Part shown: positions 1 through 13,470 of the stretch, in pieces | Layout of the letters: each line of letters starts with the position of its first letter | Numbering within the stretch: position 1 is the first letter of the stretch | Source of the DNA: Geosiphon pyriformis uo1 | Lineage: Eukaryota; Fungi; Glomeromycota | DNA length: 64,000 bases | Assembly: GCA_016748015.1 (NCBI GenBank) | Contig: JAAOMT010000515.1 | Location: 355,249-419,248 of the forward strand | Direction of reading: 5' to 3' | The notes under the pieces: model-generated | Seen by the model: only the letters and a program-made list of their open reading frames with translations | What the model was told of the DNA's origin: nothing | Databases searched by the model: none | Program-made: the position numbers and the translations under genes

Positions 1-2162
1 CCCGGAATCAATTTCGACAGATCGATCTTCAAATTATACCAGCTCAAATGTAGAAAATGATGATGTCACGCGTGTGCTTGAAAATGAGATAAGTCAAATG
101 TCACAATGGAATGAAAAGCGAACGCAAGCATTGGAACAGATTGATACCGGTTAGTTGAATTTTTCAATTGTTCAATGGTAAAATACTTAATTAAATTTGA
201 ATTTTTATTACTAGCCAAATTCGGATTATTTCATTTAAGAGCATGTCTCGTATCAGGTAAAAAAAATTTCAAAGTTAATTTTAATTATCTCTTTTTAAAT
301 TTATCTCAATTATTTTCTAGGAGTTGGATTTTTCACTGATGCATATGACCTTTTCTCGATTAATCTGGTCACTGAAATGTTGGGATATGTTTACGAGGCA
401 AAAAATGGCTATCAGGTATCTGAAAACGTTAATCTTGGCTTGAAAATAAGCGCTGGTTTTGGAACTCTAGTTGGCCAAGTGGTCTTTGGAATTTTAGCTG
501 ATCGAGTTGGACGAAAGAAGGTAGCGAATGGGTATGAAGTTGAGATTTTTGAGTCGAGTTTGTAATTATTAACCTCATCATTTCTTTCAATAGATGTATG
601 GCTTGGAGCTTTGGATTATCATTTTAGCAACATTATTTTCAGCCTTAAGCGCTCAAGCTCCGAGTTTTTCAGTATACAACTTAATCATATTCTGGAGGTT
701 CATTCTCGGCCTTGGCGTTGGAGGGGATTATCCTTTATCAGCAAGTAGGTTTTGATTTCTCATTTAAATTAATGCTTAATATTGAATTTTTTAAAGGATA
801 ATTAAAAATAAAACTGTCCTAGTTATCACAAGCGAATTTGCCTCTGCAAAGAACCGAGGTAGCATGATGGCAACAGTGTTTGCAATGCAAGGATTTGGAA
901 TTCTCACGTCTATTGTTATTGCGATGGTAACCCTTCTGGCAGCCAAACAAGGTATCAGAGATGATACTCTAAAAATCGATTATGTTTGGCGTATAGTTCT
1001 CGGCTTAGGTGCATTGCCAGGAATACTTGCACTTTACTTTCGCCTCACCATTCCTGAGACTCCACGTTACCGAATGGATGTTGAACGAGATTTAAATGGT
1101 GCGACAAACGACATAGAAGATGTATTAGCTAATGGCAAAACTACTCGTGAAAACCTTTCATATCCATTCCAAAAGCTTGATGTCCCAAGGGGATCGTGGG
1201 CAGATTTCAGGCGATACTTTGGTCAATGGAAAAATGGAAAAATTTTACTAGGGACTTGTGGTGCTTGGTTTTGCATTGACGTAGCTTTCTACGGTATCGG
1301 ATTAAACAACACGATTTTTCTTCATGAATTGAACTTTAATCTGCCAGGAGATAACCCAGTAACAAATTCTACATTGAGTGGGGAATATAATTCAGCTAAA
1401 GATCCTTGGGCATTATTGTGGAATCTTTCTGTAGGCAATGCTCTGATTACTGTATTAGGAACCGTCCCCGGTGCCTGGTTTACTATTTTTTTCATTGACC
1501 GGCTAGGACGAAAACCGATACAGTTTATGGGATTCGCTGTTTTGACAATTGTATTCTTACTTTTAGGGGTCTTCTTTGAAAAAATTCAACAAAAATCTTC
1601 TTTTCTTTTTGGTTCAATGTTTACTATTGCTCAGGTTGGTCCTGTTAAAGATTTTACCTTTATATCTTTTCTTCCAATAAAAATGTCTATGAATAAAATA
1701 TTCCCAATTTCTAGTTCTTTTGCAATTTTGGACCAAACACAACAACATTTATCGTCCCTGGAGAAGTTTTTCCTACGAGGTAAAAACTTCAATATATTCT
1801 TTTACCCATATTTATTACGATTTATATCAAACATAATCTTCTCCAATATTAGATATCGATCAACAGGTCATGGCATTTCCGCGGCGATTGGAAAGCTTGG
1901 AGCTATACTGGCGCAATTTGGATTCAGTAGAATGAAGAGCATAGGTGGTACGCAGTTGGATCACAAAGGCCCCTTTAATGAAAATAATGCTTTTGTTGAC
2001 AAGTTACTTTTGATGTGTGCCGCCTTTATGGTGCTTGGATTCGGGTTCACTTTTTTGATACCCGAGACGAAAGGGAAATCCTTAGAAGAACTCTCAAATG
2101 AAGACCAACGTGAATTCGTCCGTAATCCAGGAAAAGGAGTGTGTTTTTATTGGAAATCGTAG
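1..2162 (+). CDS. PHO84: PHO84/PHT1-type MFS phosphate:H+ symporter (5' end may lie outside the window)
   Basis: Spliced model with GT-AG introns, exons <1-149, 215-256, 321-520, 594-744, 823-1634, 1715-1779, 1853-2162. Gives RTQALEQIDTAKFG, GVGFFTDAYDLF, LADRVGRKK, the signature [61 protein letters not shown] and PETKGKSLEEL. Confidence 0.95.
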
Positions 2163-2614
2163 AGGAGTAGAACTTAGAAGGATATTGCTTTGAAGGTCTT
2201 TTTGTTAAAATAATTGCTCTTTGATAGAGTAATTTTATTCCAAATATAATAGAAACATTTATACACTGGTAAATTGGATCAAGATGGAATTCTAATAGTT
2301 GTAATATAGTTAACAATTGAGATTTTTTATACAAAGTAAAATGATTTTTTGATCGTACCATGATTTGAAAAAAGTTGTGGCAACGAGATAGTTTAAGGAA
2401 TCCCAAAGTAACTTTTTGGTATTAAAATCTTTCAATGCATCTTTCAGTTGTTTTAGATCATACTATTCAGAGTATATCATATTATACCACACATTTATCT
2501 CAATTTTTAAAGACATTTGATTGACAATCCATTCAGTTAATTATTAAACCCCTGTACAAAATGGTTGTCTCTTTGCCAAAATTTCCTTAATTCAGTCTCG
2601 CTAACCAGAACGAG

Positions 2615-3201
2615 ATGTCCAACTCTCGTCAAGCAAATCTCAACGAAATTCAGGACCTAACAACTATTAAAACTGAAACAAAAGATGGAAGTCTAATAAA
2701 ATCTGGACCTTTTGATATAATTAATATCAAATCTGAATCCGGGGAAGATGAAGACATCGACTCTCTTCTTCCTATTTGTTCTTCATCATCGTCTCTTTCA
2801 CTTCGTCACGAAAAAAAAAAACGTAAATGTTCCACGACTAAATCATATCAATCGACTACCAGCCCAACAGTGCTTACAAATGTCTCAGCTAGTTCGAGGC
2901 CTAGGAAATTTGACCAGAGTTATTCAAACTTAGATGACAGACTTTCAAATGGCTGGATGTCCACCTTCAGATGGACAAAAGAGGTATTGAAGGGTGGAGT
3001 TTCATCTTTTATTAACTTTAAAGATACAAATATCTGCCTCGAAATTTTTAGGAAGAAAAAGTAATTCTCGATAATTGGATCGAACGAGGAATTGACTACC
3101 CTGAGATTTCACGACAATTACCAAACCGTGCTACGAGAAGTATTCAACGCAAATTCAAAAAAATGGCTGCATCTGTTTATAATCATTTTGCGATGCATTA
3201 G
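2615..3201 (+). CDS. Single Myb/SANT-domain protein
   Basis: Exons 2615-2983 and 3052-3201 join to FRWTKEEEKVILDNWIERGIDYPEISRQLPNRATRSIQRKFKKM, matching the Myb-like W-T-x-E-E...L-P-x-R pattern. The N-terminus is Ser-rich with an NLS-like KKKRK. Confidence 0.75.
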
Positions 3202-6200
3202 CTGACAGAGAGATGAGTGAACAGCTTTTGAATAGTTTAGTGAGAGTTCTATCGACTCTAAGATATAGAATTTTTAAATTTTTTAGGTTTAATAGAATCC
3301 TGGGCATACAATGTAGAGCGTATTTACTAAACCAAATTTAGTAACAAGTTAAATACCTTCCTCTTTTTACCATTTATTTTTTTGAATTAGGTTTGTGTCA
3401 TAAAACAATACAAGAATTGATATTTTGATTGGGGATTATTCATTAAAATAAGTAACATTTGAAATGGTTTACAAAAATGGTACAAATCGGTTTATCCATG
3501 TTTAAGTTATAATGTGGGGTAATTACATGTCTGAATAACTTTTATTTCCATTTATGTAATTTATCTCAAACAAAAAATGTTATTTTCAGAAAAACATGTC
3601 TAAGAATGATTTAGTTTTTCCGCCAGATATAACCAGTAACAAAGTAGATGTGGGTAAATGTCTATGATAGATGATTCTGTTTAAGCAAAATACGTTGCTA
3701 TTTCTTGCGAAAACCACCAGCATTATCATATCTATCATCATGGGTACAAGTCCATGTATTATCTTGCGAAGAAGGCCGAGTAATTTCGCGGTTGCATCGT
3801 TTACTTATCCCGATTGTGAGCAGCAAGCATTATTAGAGAAACCTATTAATAAATGAAGAATATCACATTTGATGCCGTTTGTGCCACCAAAATAAAAACT
3901 CGTAATTATATGGATTCAAAGTGGCGGCGTTTAATTTAACATAGCTTCTATATTCTCCGGAAAAAGGGCAAAGGACAATGAGAATCGTCTTTTTAAAGTG
4001 AGTTTTTTTTTCATTTTGATTTGCTTATAATGTTAGGACACATATAAGAAGGAAATAATTTTGAGGTCTGTCAAAAATAAGTTAATTATCAAAACTTGGC
4101 TACAAAAACGTACTCAGAAAATCAATCATTAGCAGCTCATATAATGAACCTTAAACACACCTTCGCTTATTACCCTTTATTGTAAAAATAGAAAATTTAA
4201 TTAATATAACATATATAATCAATAAAATAATTCTAATTAAATCAAAATCAAACAAGACGATATTTTTTAAGAAAATCAAATTCTGATAAAATCTAAGTAA
4301 TTTTTATTTAAATCATTGCAAAAGAAAGTAAATATTTGTTTGTTCTTTAAACATTAATTTTAACAATAATTAATATCTTTGTTTAAATTCATAATTCAGT
4401 TTTTAAAAAATCTTTATTTTTTCAATTATTGGTCATATGAAACATTTTTATGTATTAAAAAATTTTTTAAGCATTCTTTTAAATGTGCATATTTGTTTGA
4501 TTTCCGGCTGAGTTTTTGCTCTTTATTTTTTGTAAGATATCTTAATTATAATTATAATTTGTGATTTGTGATTTGTGATTTGATTTTTAATATAAAATCT
4601 AAATAGTCTTTGTTTAGTAATTATAAAATTTTTGAATAACTTTTCACATAAATATTTATGTTGAAATTTTAACAGCTGCTATTAGTAAAAAGTGGTTTTT
4701 ATTATATTTTTAATTTTGAATATTTTAAATTTTTTTGATAAATTGTTTAATAAAGGAATTGAAATATAAAAATATATACAAATTTTTGAATGTAAAAAAT
4801 ATAATTATTTATTTCTTAAGATGTTAAAAAATTCTATTTGAATTTTAATAATTTTCTAAATTTTTCATATTTAAGTATTTTTTTAGAACTTTTTGCTTGA
4901 ATAAATAAATTTCAAGAAACTTTAATTGTTTTACAAATATAAATTTATTTATAATTTAATTATTGCATCTTAATAAGTTGTATCTAATGCAGTATTTAAA
5001 TCATATTACAGTTCCGATTGTATTTTAAATAATTTAATTATATTTGTAAATTGGTAAAAAATTTTAAAAAATTGAATAATTAAATATTATATAAAAAATA
5101 AAAAATAAAAAATTATTAGGTAATTTATATTGATTTTATAAATTTTATAAATAATTAATTTGAAAATATTTAAATAAATTTTGTTCATTATAAACAAACT
5201 TTCTCATTTATTAAAACTATATTTCTATAAATGTTTTTATAGGAGAAGTGGTCATTTTTTCATGCTTAATAATATTGTGATTAATTGTTTAATATGTAAA
5301 AAACTAAAACAAAAATTTGGTTTTATCCAAATTATTAATGAATTTTTAAAGTTCAAGAATTAATTTTTATTAATAATTTAAAGAATATACTTGTTTAGTT
5401 GAAAATAAACTTCTAACAAAAATATTAAAAGTTAAAAATTTTGATAAAACAACGCATTTGAGCTAAAAAAAGTCAAAAAAAAAACATTTATTAAATTTCA
5501 GATATATGAAATTACTTATAAAATACTTCAAAATTATACTAGTTTATTTTTTTAATTTTTAAAAGTGTTTATACATATATATATATTATGGGTGTTTCAT
5601 TTGCAATAAAATTTATGATTAATAAATATATTTATTGATACTTGAAAATTTTGTATAATTAGCTTAATTCATTTACAATAATAATTATTGTTTAATATAT
5701 ATAAAATTAAATTATAAAAAAATAATTTTCAATCAAGATAAAACATCTCTATTAATTCTATGTTTTATCGCTTTTAAAATTTAGTAAAAAATATTATTTA
5801 GTAAATCATAAAAGCAACTTTTTTATTTTTCAACTAAAATAAATACAAAATGAGTAACTTCTAACAGAAAATCAATATTACTTCTAAAATTGTCATAAAA
5901 TAATGTTTGTTAGAATGACTTGAATAAATTCTGATTAAAAGAATAATGTGATATTTGAGTTGATAGCTAGTAATCTAGAAGGTTGGGTTTTATGATTTGA
6001 GTTCAAAAACAATGGAATATTCCTGAATTTCTATCAATCTAATAGCAATTTCATATCTGAATTGCGTAGATTAGCTCTTGTTAAGGAAAAGCTTTAATTT
6101 TTTAACTACTATTTTGAAATTAATAATTCATTCAGAATACAAGCTTTGGGATTTATTTCAAAAATAATTTTCTAATTATTATTACTGTTTCTTTTATAAC

Positions 6201-6426
6201 TTCATTTTACCAAACATATAATCCAGGCTTAGAAGCAAAAAGGAAAGACTGAAGTTCTTAATAGGCAAGATGGCCGATTTTTCATCTTTTCAAATCCTAT
6301 GAAAATTTTTCTAGCATGCAAACTAAATATTCTGATAAAAATTTTATGGGAGACCCATTCCGAGGTTTCAATTCTCTGCCCTATTTTTCAACATTGAAAA
6401 CCATTTAATTGAATATGGACCCAAGT

Positions 6427-8032
6427 TTAATAACTATTTTTTCTTAGTTGAATCAAGAATCCGGTGTGTGGGCCTCGATGATGAGAAGGTCTACAAACCC
6501 AAACATCTGAAGGTGGCAAGCGTGACTCTGAAATATTTCCTTGAGAATTATCTTCTTCTTCTTCATAATGATTATCATCATCATCATCATCGTCGTCGTA
6601 ATCATCCAAGAAATCAGTGTACAACACACTCTTTTCTTTCGGCTTATCTTTCGGATCTTGATAGTTTGCAGGATTTTTTTTCCTGTCGATCTTCCTGATC
6701 ACTGAACTCCGACAATCCCATGGCTTCCATTCAACTTCCAGCACTTGTACTACTTTGAGTGCAAGTTTATCTACCCGAATTTTACCAACTACCTCCAAGA
6801 CTTGGGTAATATTCGGTAAGTAAATCACAATAAACCGATCATAATGAATCCAAGGAAGTATGGAAGCCAAATGGTTTTCTGGAGCAGGAACATCCATCAC
6901 TGCACCATCATATATTGGTGAGCTGGGCGGATCTTTATTGAATATTGCTGACACATCCCCTGTGGTGAACGAAATTGAATCGAGATAAAGACCACGAGAA
7001 AAATTTTTGATGATTCGTCTGGCTTTTTGGATGGTTTGAGGGTTCTCATCGATCGATCGAAGGTGACCCATTGGAAAAACAATACGAGCAAGGCACATTG
7101 AGAGAAAACCATTTCCCGTTCCACATTCCAACATATGAGAGGTTGGGCGAATATCAAGTAAGGATACCTGTCATATAATAAGAAATTAACAAATTTTTGG
7201 GCTAAAGAAAATAAAAGAATATTGATCTTACTATCGTGGCTGCCTATTAAAAAATTTGGTGAAGCAATATTAGTACGTATTGTAACACTCTGTCATGGTT
7301 GAATCAGAAGTTTCAGAATAGCATGTAAAATAATGGAAAGTTCCCCTTTACATCTTTAGGATATATCGGTGCGACGTGGCGGCGAGCATACATCAAATAT
7401 CTATCAAAATTTCAAAAAGGTTAAAAAATGCAGAATTTTCAATTCATTTTGAAAACTTACTCGTCTAAAGTTGGGAAATGTGCCAAATACTCAATCCCTA
7501 AAAGGATAGATTCGTTAAGAAAAATCCGGAAGTTTTGTGATTCCGATTTTCCTAAAAAATATTTCTTACCAACATGCGTCTTCACTACTGATCCACATTT
7601 TAAACCCAATATCAAATCATGTTGAATTGCGCCGTAAGTCGTTTGAATTAATTTTCCACGGCACAATGGTCCAAACAATTTCACTCTTTCTAATCCTTTT
7701 TTGTGGTTTCTTGTAACTTTTTGAAGTAGCACCCAATCTCCATCTATAAATTTGGAAAAATCATAGTATCTTAGATCAATCGATGGAATTTTTTTTTCAG
7801 TTTTTTCAAGAGGAATTTCTAATGCTGATTTTGAAGGTGTCCAATCTTGATAACTTGTCAATACTGAACGCCAAGCAGAAAGATTTTCAATTTCAGTATC
7901 ATCAATGATTGATCTATTTGATTCTGATACTACAGTTTGGGTTAGCAAACTGCGTTTTTCCCATACAGGGTAAATTTTTTTGAAAACAATTCTGGAGTTT
8001 CGCCAGAAAGAAAATTTTGTTAAAGAAGACAT
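6427..8032 (-). CDS. TRM61: tRNA (adenine58-N1)-methyltransferase catalytic subunit, Trm61/GCD14 family, possibly the mitochondrial TRMT61B-like form
   Basis: Exons 8032-7570, 7497-7461, 7400-7352, 7243-7232 (12 nt) and 7167-6427 give HFPTLDEYLMYARRHVAPIYPKDAATIVSLLDIRPTSHMLECGTGNG...MDVP...YLPNITQV...HTGFL. The basic, acid-poor N-terminus resembles a mitochondrial presequence. Confidence 0.88.
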
Positions 8033-10310
8033 GATTTGATGATCACCTCAAAAGAAATTTGATTATGAAATGTAATGACTGATATCATTTTAACTCCAAT
8101 CAGATCGGCAAATTATTAGAAAGAGCCATCATTTGAAATCTGTTGTTCTTATTAGAAAGTAGAAGCCTGACAGGTTATTTTTACCAATCTCCTGCAATAT
8201 TTGCTATATGGAACAACACAAATTTGATATTGATACTTAATTTTGGAAGGAGAATTAACAATAATGATTGAAATTATAAATTTTTAATTATTTATATACT
8301 AAATTAGTAATAAAGTGTGTATTCTTTAATGAAAATAAATTAATTAATTAGTCAGTTGAAAATTGTAGAAAATAATTAACTTTTGAAAATGTAATAATCA
8401 AGGATTAATTAAAATTAATAAAAATTATAGTGAGTTTAATAGTTAATTGATATTTAAAAACAATTAATTATTATTATTATATTTTAATAAAATAATATTT
8501 CAAAAAGTTATCAAGTTGGTTCAGTGATTTTTGAGATTTATTTAATTTTGAAATAAAATTTTGAAAATTGAAGAAATTGGTCAAAAGACCAGGATTTTCT
8601 AAATTAAAATTAAATTATTTTCTCTTATTTTTTAAGCAAGGCCCAATAAATAAATACTGATTCTGTTGTATGAATTTTTGATCTTTCACGAAACCAAACA
8701 ATTTAGATTGAATAATTTTTTCTTTGAAACGTTATAAAAAAGAAATTTAGATCTTTTATTTTTGTCGAACAATTTTATTTGAGTTAATGATAAGAAAATT
8801 TGAAAATTTGTGACATTATAAAGTTTAATTATTCTTTAATAACTTTATTCTTTGAAGGCATAAATTCGAGCTTTTTTATTATTAAATTAAGTTACGAATT
8901 TAGTTTTTGTCAATAATAAAGGCAGTCGGTGGGATTCGAGTTTCTCATTCCTTTATGGTGATTTCATAAACCAACTTGTAATGATTTATAGTAAATTTCA
9001 CAAGCAATAAAATAAAGTTTAGAAGAATTGATATAATAATTTAGTTTTTCACGCAAATATTACCGTTACCACTTCAAATATTTATCAGTCAAAATTATGA
9101 TTATCATTAATATTTTCTTAGTCAACCTAAGTTCTCGGTCAAAAAGTATTTTATTAATTTTTAAATAACTGATTCAATCATTTTGGCATTACAAGAAAGT
9201 TTGCCTCTTACTTGTTTTAAGGTTTTATATCTAATTTATAAGCAAGAAGAGACAAAATATTTCAATTATTTTTAAATGCTCTGACAATCTTTGTAATTAA
9301 TGCCTTTTATTATAAGGCTTTTAATCAATTATTTGAAATTTCTTCACTTAAAATTGTCAGAGCTTTTATTTCGTAATATATATTTTAGAATTATGATCTA
9401 AATTTATAATTACTCTAATATTTCTAGAAACGTTTAATTTTGCATAAATGAAAGGTAAATGTTTTTCAAAAAAAAAATTTGAGCCTTTAAAATTTCAAAG
9501 TTGATTTGGCATTTTTCTGAGAATTATTAGTGCTATTCGAAGTGTTTCAAAGTTAACTAAAAATATTTTAATTTATTTATAACGACAAAGGTCAATATTA
9601 TGCGCTGACCAATATCAATAATAAAGGGATCGTTGATTACATATAAAAAAATACGTAATTTTGATGAAATTTGGAGATATTTATAAGCTTTTCAAACATT
9701 AATAAAAGTATTTTTACATAGTATAAAATATGAAAATCAATATTTCAGTTTGAATTTTTTTTTTTTACAAAATCCAATTTATTAAATTCTCCAATTCAAA
9801 ATAAAAAATGTATTGCATCATTTGGTTTTATAAAAACATTTAAATCTTGAGATTGTATAACAGTTTTAAAAATCTTGATTAATATGCTGCGACCATTAAA
9901 TCTTTTAAAGTGGAGATTATGCTATAAATTTGTTCTTATCTGTAAAAAATAATTTTGGAAACCTTCAATTTTCTAATTCAAATTTATAATCAGAGGAATT
10001 TTGCATAATTTTTTTTTTGATACATTAAACTTTTAATCTTCAGATTTACCATGTGCACAGCTGCAATTATCTTTCTTCGGATCATATTGATAAAAATCAG
10101 CGTATTAACACATTTATATATACTAATTTGTTAAATAAATCATCTGATTCGAAATTAGGGATCGGTTTTTTTTTTTGCTTACAAAGAGATCTATTATTAT
10201 AGCACGCTGCTATAAATCAGTTGTTTGGAAATCATGATCGAATTTCAGGAATCGAGACTTGAAATTTTTGCATTTATTAATATCACAGTGAAAACTTTAA
10301 AATTTAAAAT

Positions 10311-11012
10311 ATGACAACTACAGATTCCACCGAGGTGCTATCAAAGATTCAAGAAGATAGAATTTCCATCTTTTTTCGCTCATTAGAATATGACACATCT
10401 AGTCAAAATATTCATAAAGGCTTGCTAAATCTGATCGAAGCTCACAGTAAAACAACTGATTCCGCTTTTATGGAGTTGCTCTTGAAATTTCCTACTTCCA
10501 AAAATACGCTTGTACTTTTAGGCCTTTTTTACGAACACTCACAAGAACCTGGTACCCGTGATCTTGATAAGGCGAAAGCAGCATACGAGAGAGCCACTAT
10601 ATTGACACCACAAAATCCTTATGCTCATTTCTTGCTTGGACGATTTCATTTTTTTGGAAGCGGAAATGAACAGAGATTCCCAAAAGCTTTTGAAAGTTTT
10701 TATAGAGCTGCTTTCGAATTCAACCTTTCCCCTGGCTATTGTTTTCTAGGGCATTTTTACATGCACGGCATGGGCGTTGAAGTTAATAAATTGCGAGGCT
10801 TTTGGTATTATTATAAAGCCGCAGCTCTTGGAAATGCTGAAGGATATTTTATGACGGGATTTTCTTATCGAGAAGGTAGAGGAACAATGGCGGATGTTCA
10901 TAGGGCTCTTAGATGGTATCGTAATGGTGTGCAGGGATATAATGATAAATGGGCTGTGAATGCTTTGAAGCGAGTTTTTCGAAAAAATATGAGTTTAACT
11001 TTGGGATGGTAA
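10311..11012 (+). CDS. Sel1-like repeat (SLR/TPR) protein
   Basis: Intronless 233-aa ORF with repeated A/G-x-x-x-L-G-x-x-Y-x-x-G-x-G units (LGHFYMHGMGV...FWYYYKAAALG; TGFSYREGRGT...ALRWY). Confidence 0.85.
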   Translation: MTTTDSTEVLSKIQEDRISIFFRSLEYDTSSQNIHKGLLNLIEAHSKTTDSAFMELLLKFPTSKNTLVLLGLFYEHSQEPGTRDLDKAKAAYERATILTPQNPYAHFLLGRFHFFGSGNEQRFPKAFESFYRAAFEFNLSPGYCFLGHFYMHGMGVEVNKLRGFWYYYKAAALGNAEGYFMTGFSYREGRGTMADVHRALRWYRNGVQGYNDKWAVNALKRVFRKNMSLTLGW

Positions 11013-13386
11013 AAGCAAGTTCGAATCAATTTTTTTTTAAATTATTTTTGGAGGATTTTTTCATTATAATAAATGCTTTTCTTTGAGAATCACAACTTAT
11101 AAAAATTTTTTAGTCTATAGCAAATGGAATTTAGAAATTAAATCTTATATCCAGAATTTTAATCATGGATATATAAATTCTGGCATATTAAGAGAAGTCA
11201 CTCTTAAAAATACCTAAATATAAATTTCAAATCTCATGGCCAATTTGTTTTGAAAATCTTAACGAACAATAAAAAATCTGACCTAGAAATAGAATTGAAA
11301 ATTTTTTTATTACTTTTAAAAACTAACTATAGCAATTGAGGAATCAACGAGTGGTGGTCTTTCCTTTTTCTGTTTTAAAGGAAATAACTGAGTATTAAAT
11401 CCGTTTAATGTCATTACTTATTTTTTTTTAATGTGACTTAGTAACCCAAGAAAATATACTTTGGTAAATTAGTTTTGTAATTGAGGGGAAAACTAAAATA
11501 GGTTGATTTCATTTTAAAAGCCTAATAACTCGTGGAAATTTTGCGAGAAATAATTATCGTGAACAGTAAAGAAGTTTACAAAATTAATATTTAATATAAT
11601 GTTTATATATGTCTTTACTTTTTTTTTTCGTAAAATACAAGCTAAAATTTTTCTTAAAATTCCTAAACGTGTATATTTTTGACCATAAAGATTTTGGTAT
11701 TATACTTTCAAAGACTCATTGATAAATGCATGAAGTTACTTGAATTATTTTATAAAAAATTGAATTTGTATAAGAAACTTTCATTCAATATGAAAATTTA
11801 CAAATTTCTTTTAAAAATCATTTAGAAAATCAATATTTATCATATTTAGTACTTGGGAATTAGTTACTAAAAACGGCAAAGGATTAACCTGTATTGCGAG
11901 TAAGTAGTTGGTAATAAGCAATTTTAATCTGTCATCAGTTAAAATCTTGAGCATGTGAAATTTCCTTCAAATCCTTCCTTCTGCCCAATAAAGCTTCTAG
12001 TTTGAAAATGTTTGAAAAAAAAAAACCAAGTTTTAGAAAATCTCCTAAGTCTACACATGACAAAAATGTAAAAACAATTTGAAAGCTAATCGGTTTAACC
12101 TAATAATGTCGTGCAAAACTCAAAAATGATGCAATCCATTTTCACCAAATTTCCCGCACTAAAGGTCAGCGTTCGCAATATCTCTATATATTCATTATTT
12201 GTGTGTGTCAATAATATTCCGTTTTAAAAAACCCTTATTTTTCGCTAATATCAGATACCCAATGAGATTTAAAAGCATGAATTGCAATTAGATTGTAAAA
12301 CAAAAAAGGATATGAGATGAAGATATTTTTTCAATAATAACCGACTGGAATTTCATTTAAAACTGGAAAAGGAAAAAATTGGCATAGCGCAAAAAGATCT
12401 GATATGTGTTCGATCAAACATGATATAGTCAAATAAAAGCATGAATCGATTTTTTTATAAGATTAAAGCTTTTTTTAATAAAATGGCAATTAATATTTAT
12501 GTTCAAAAATTAAACAATAATAAAATAGTTAAAATCTGTTTAAGAACATAATTTTTTATATAATTTTATAAATAATTTTATTAGTTTTTATTTTTGACTA
12601 ATTAATAATTACTTGATAATTATAAGAAATTTTAATATCAACAATATCAGAACTTTAATTTACAAAATTCAACTAGGTTAATTAGTTATTATATTAAAGT
12701 TTAAATTATTAGTTATTCAAAAAATCTATATATTAATATTGTTATATTTTAATTTTCTATTTAGTAATTTTACTAAATTTATAATTTATTTATTAGTTTA
12801 TATCAATTATTTTTTTGAAAATTTTTCAATATATATAATTATTGATTAATTACAGATGTGGTTTTTAATTTTTTAATTTTTTTCTTATTAAATAAAAATT
12901 AATTAATATTTTATTGAAATGAATCAAATTTTTAATTATATAATTTATTTTTTGAAATCAAATCAACAAAAAATCTTTTTATAATTTTAAAAATATTCTT
13001 ATTTTTTATAAATTATTTTATTCTTAAAATTTTATGTTTCTTATCATAATTTTTTGTGTGCAAATTAATTAATTATTATTTGTCTTTTGAAATCTATTAA
13101 TAATAAATAACCAATTTCATATGGTCAAAATTATTTTAATATAAAGATTAAATGTTTTTGTTTAAATTTCTATTTTAATAAAAAACACTGTTTTTATATA
13201 ACTTTTTATGTTTAATCGAATGTTAAAATATTTGAATATTTTTAAATTAATTTTGATTTAAATAATATTCAAGTTTAAATTAATTTTTAAATTTAATTAA
13301 AATTTAATATAAATAAAATCTTTTTTGTAATTAAATTTAAACATAAATAAATAAATAAATAAATATTTTTATATTTTATTAATGCT

Positions 13387-13458
<72 letters not shown>

Positions 13459-13470
13459 TATAATAATTAT
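13387..13470. repeat. (AAT)n microsatellite
   Basis: More than 20 consecutive AAT units are visible. Confidence 0.95.

Noticed and set aside
2047-2406. Antisense and short ORFs overlapping real genes (also 15600-15812, 29722-29910, 33758-33973, 36395-36601, 40237-40515, 43292-43567, 59437-59628, 61960-62166)
   Set aside because: Shadows of well-supported genes on the opposite strand.
3671-3856. 61-aa ORF in a slightly GC-richer patch
   Set aside because: No recognisable motif on either strand and no consistent exon model. It may be a relic, but I cannot support a call.
4379-5363. Short F/I/K/L/N-rich ORFs in AT-rich DNA (also 16457, 21139, 39448, 39941, 44749, 54830, 55151)
   Set aside because: Composition reflects AT-only codons, with no motifs or splice support.
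6468-6698. ORF with a poly-His run
   Set aside because: Antisense shadow of the poly-Asp tract in the Trm61-like gene.
8921-8940. Minus-strand TCGAATCCCACCGACTGCC resembling a tRNA T-arm/acceptor 3' end
   Set aside because: No matching 5' acceptor strand, D-arm or anticodon arm upstream, so no cloverleaf can be built.
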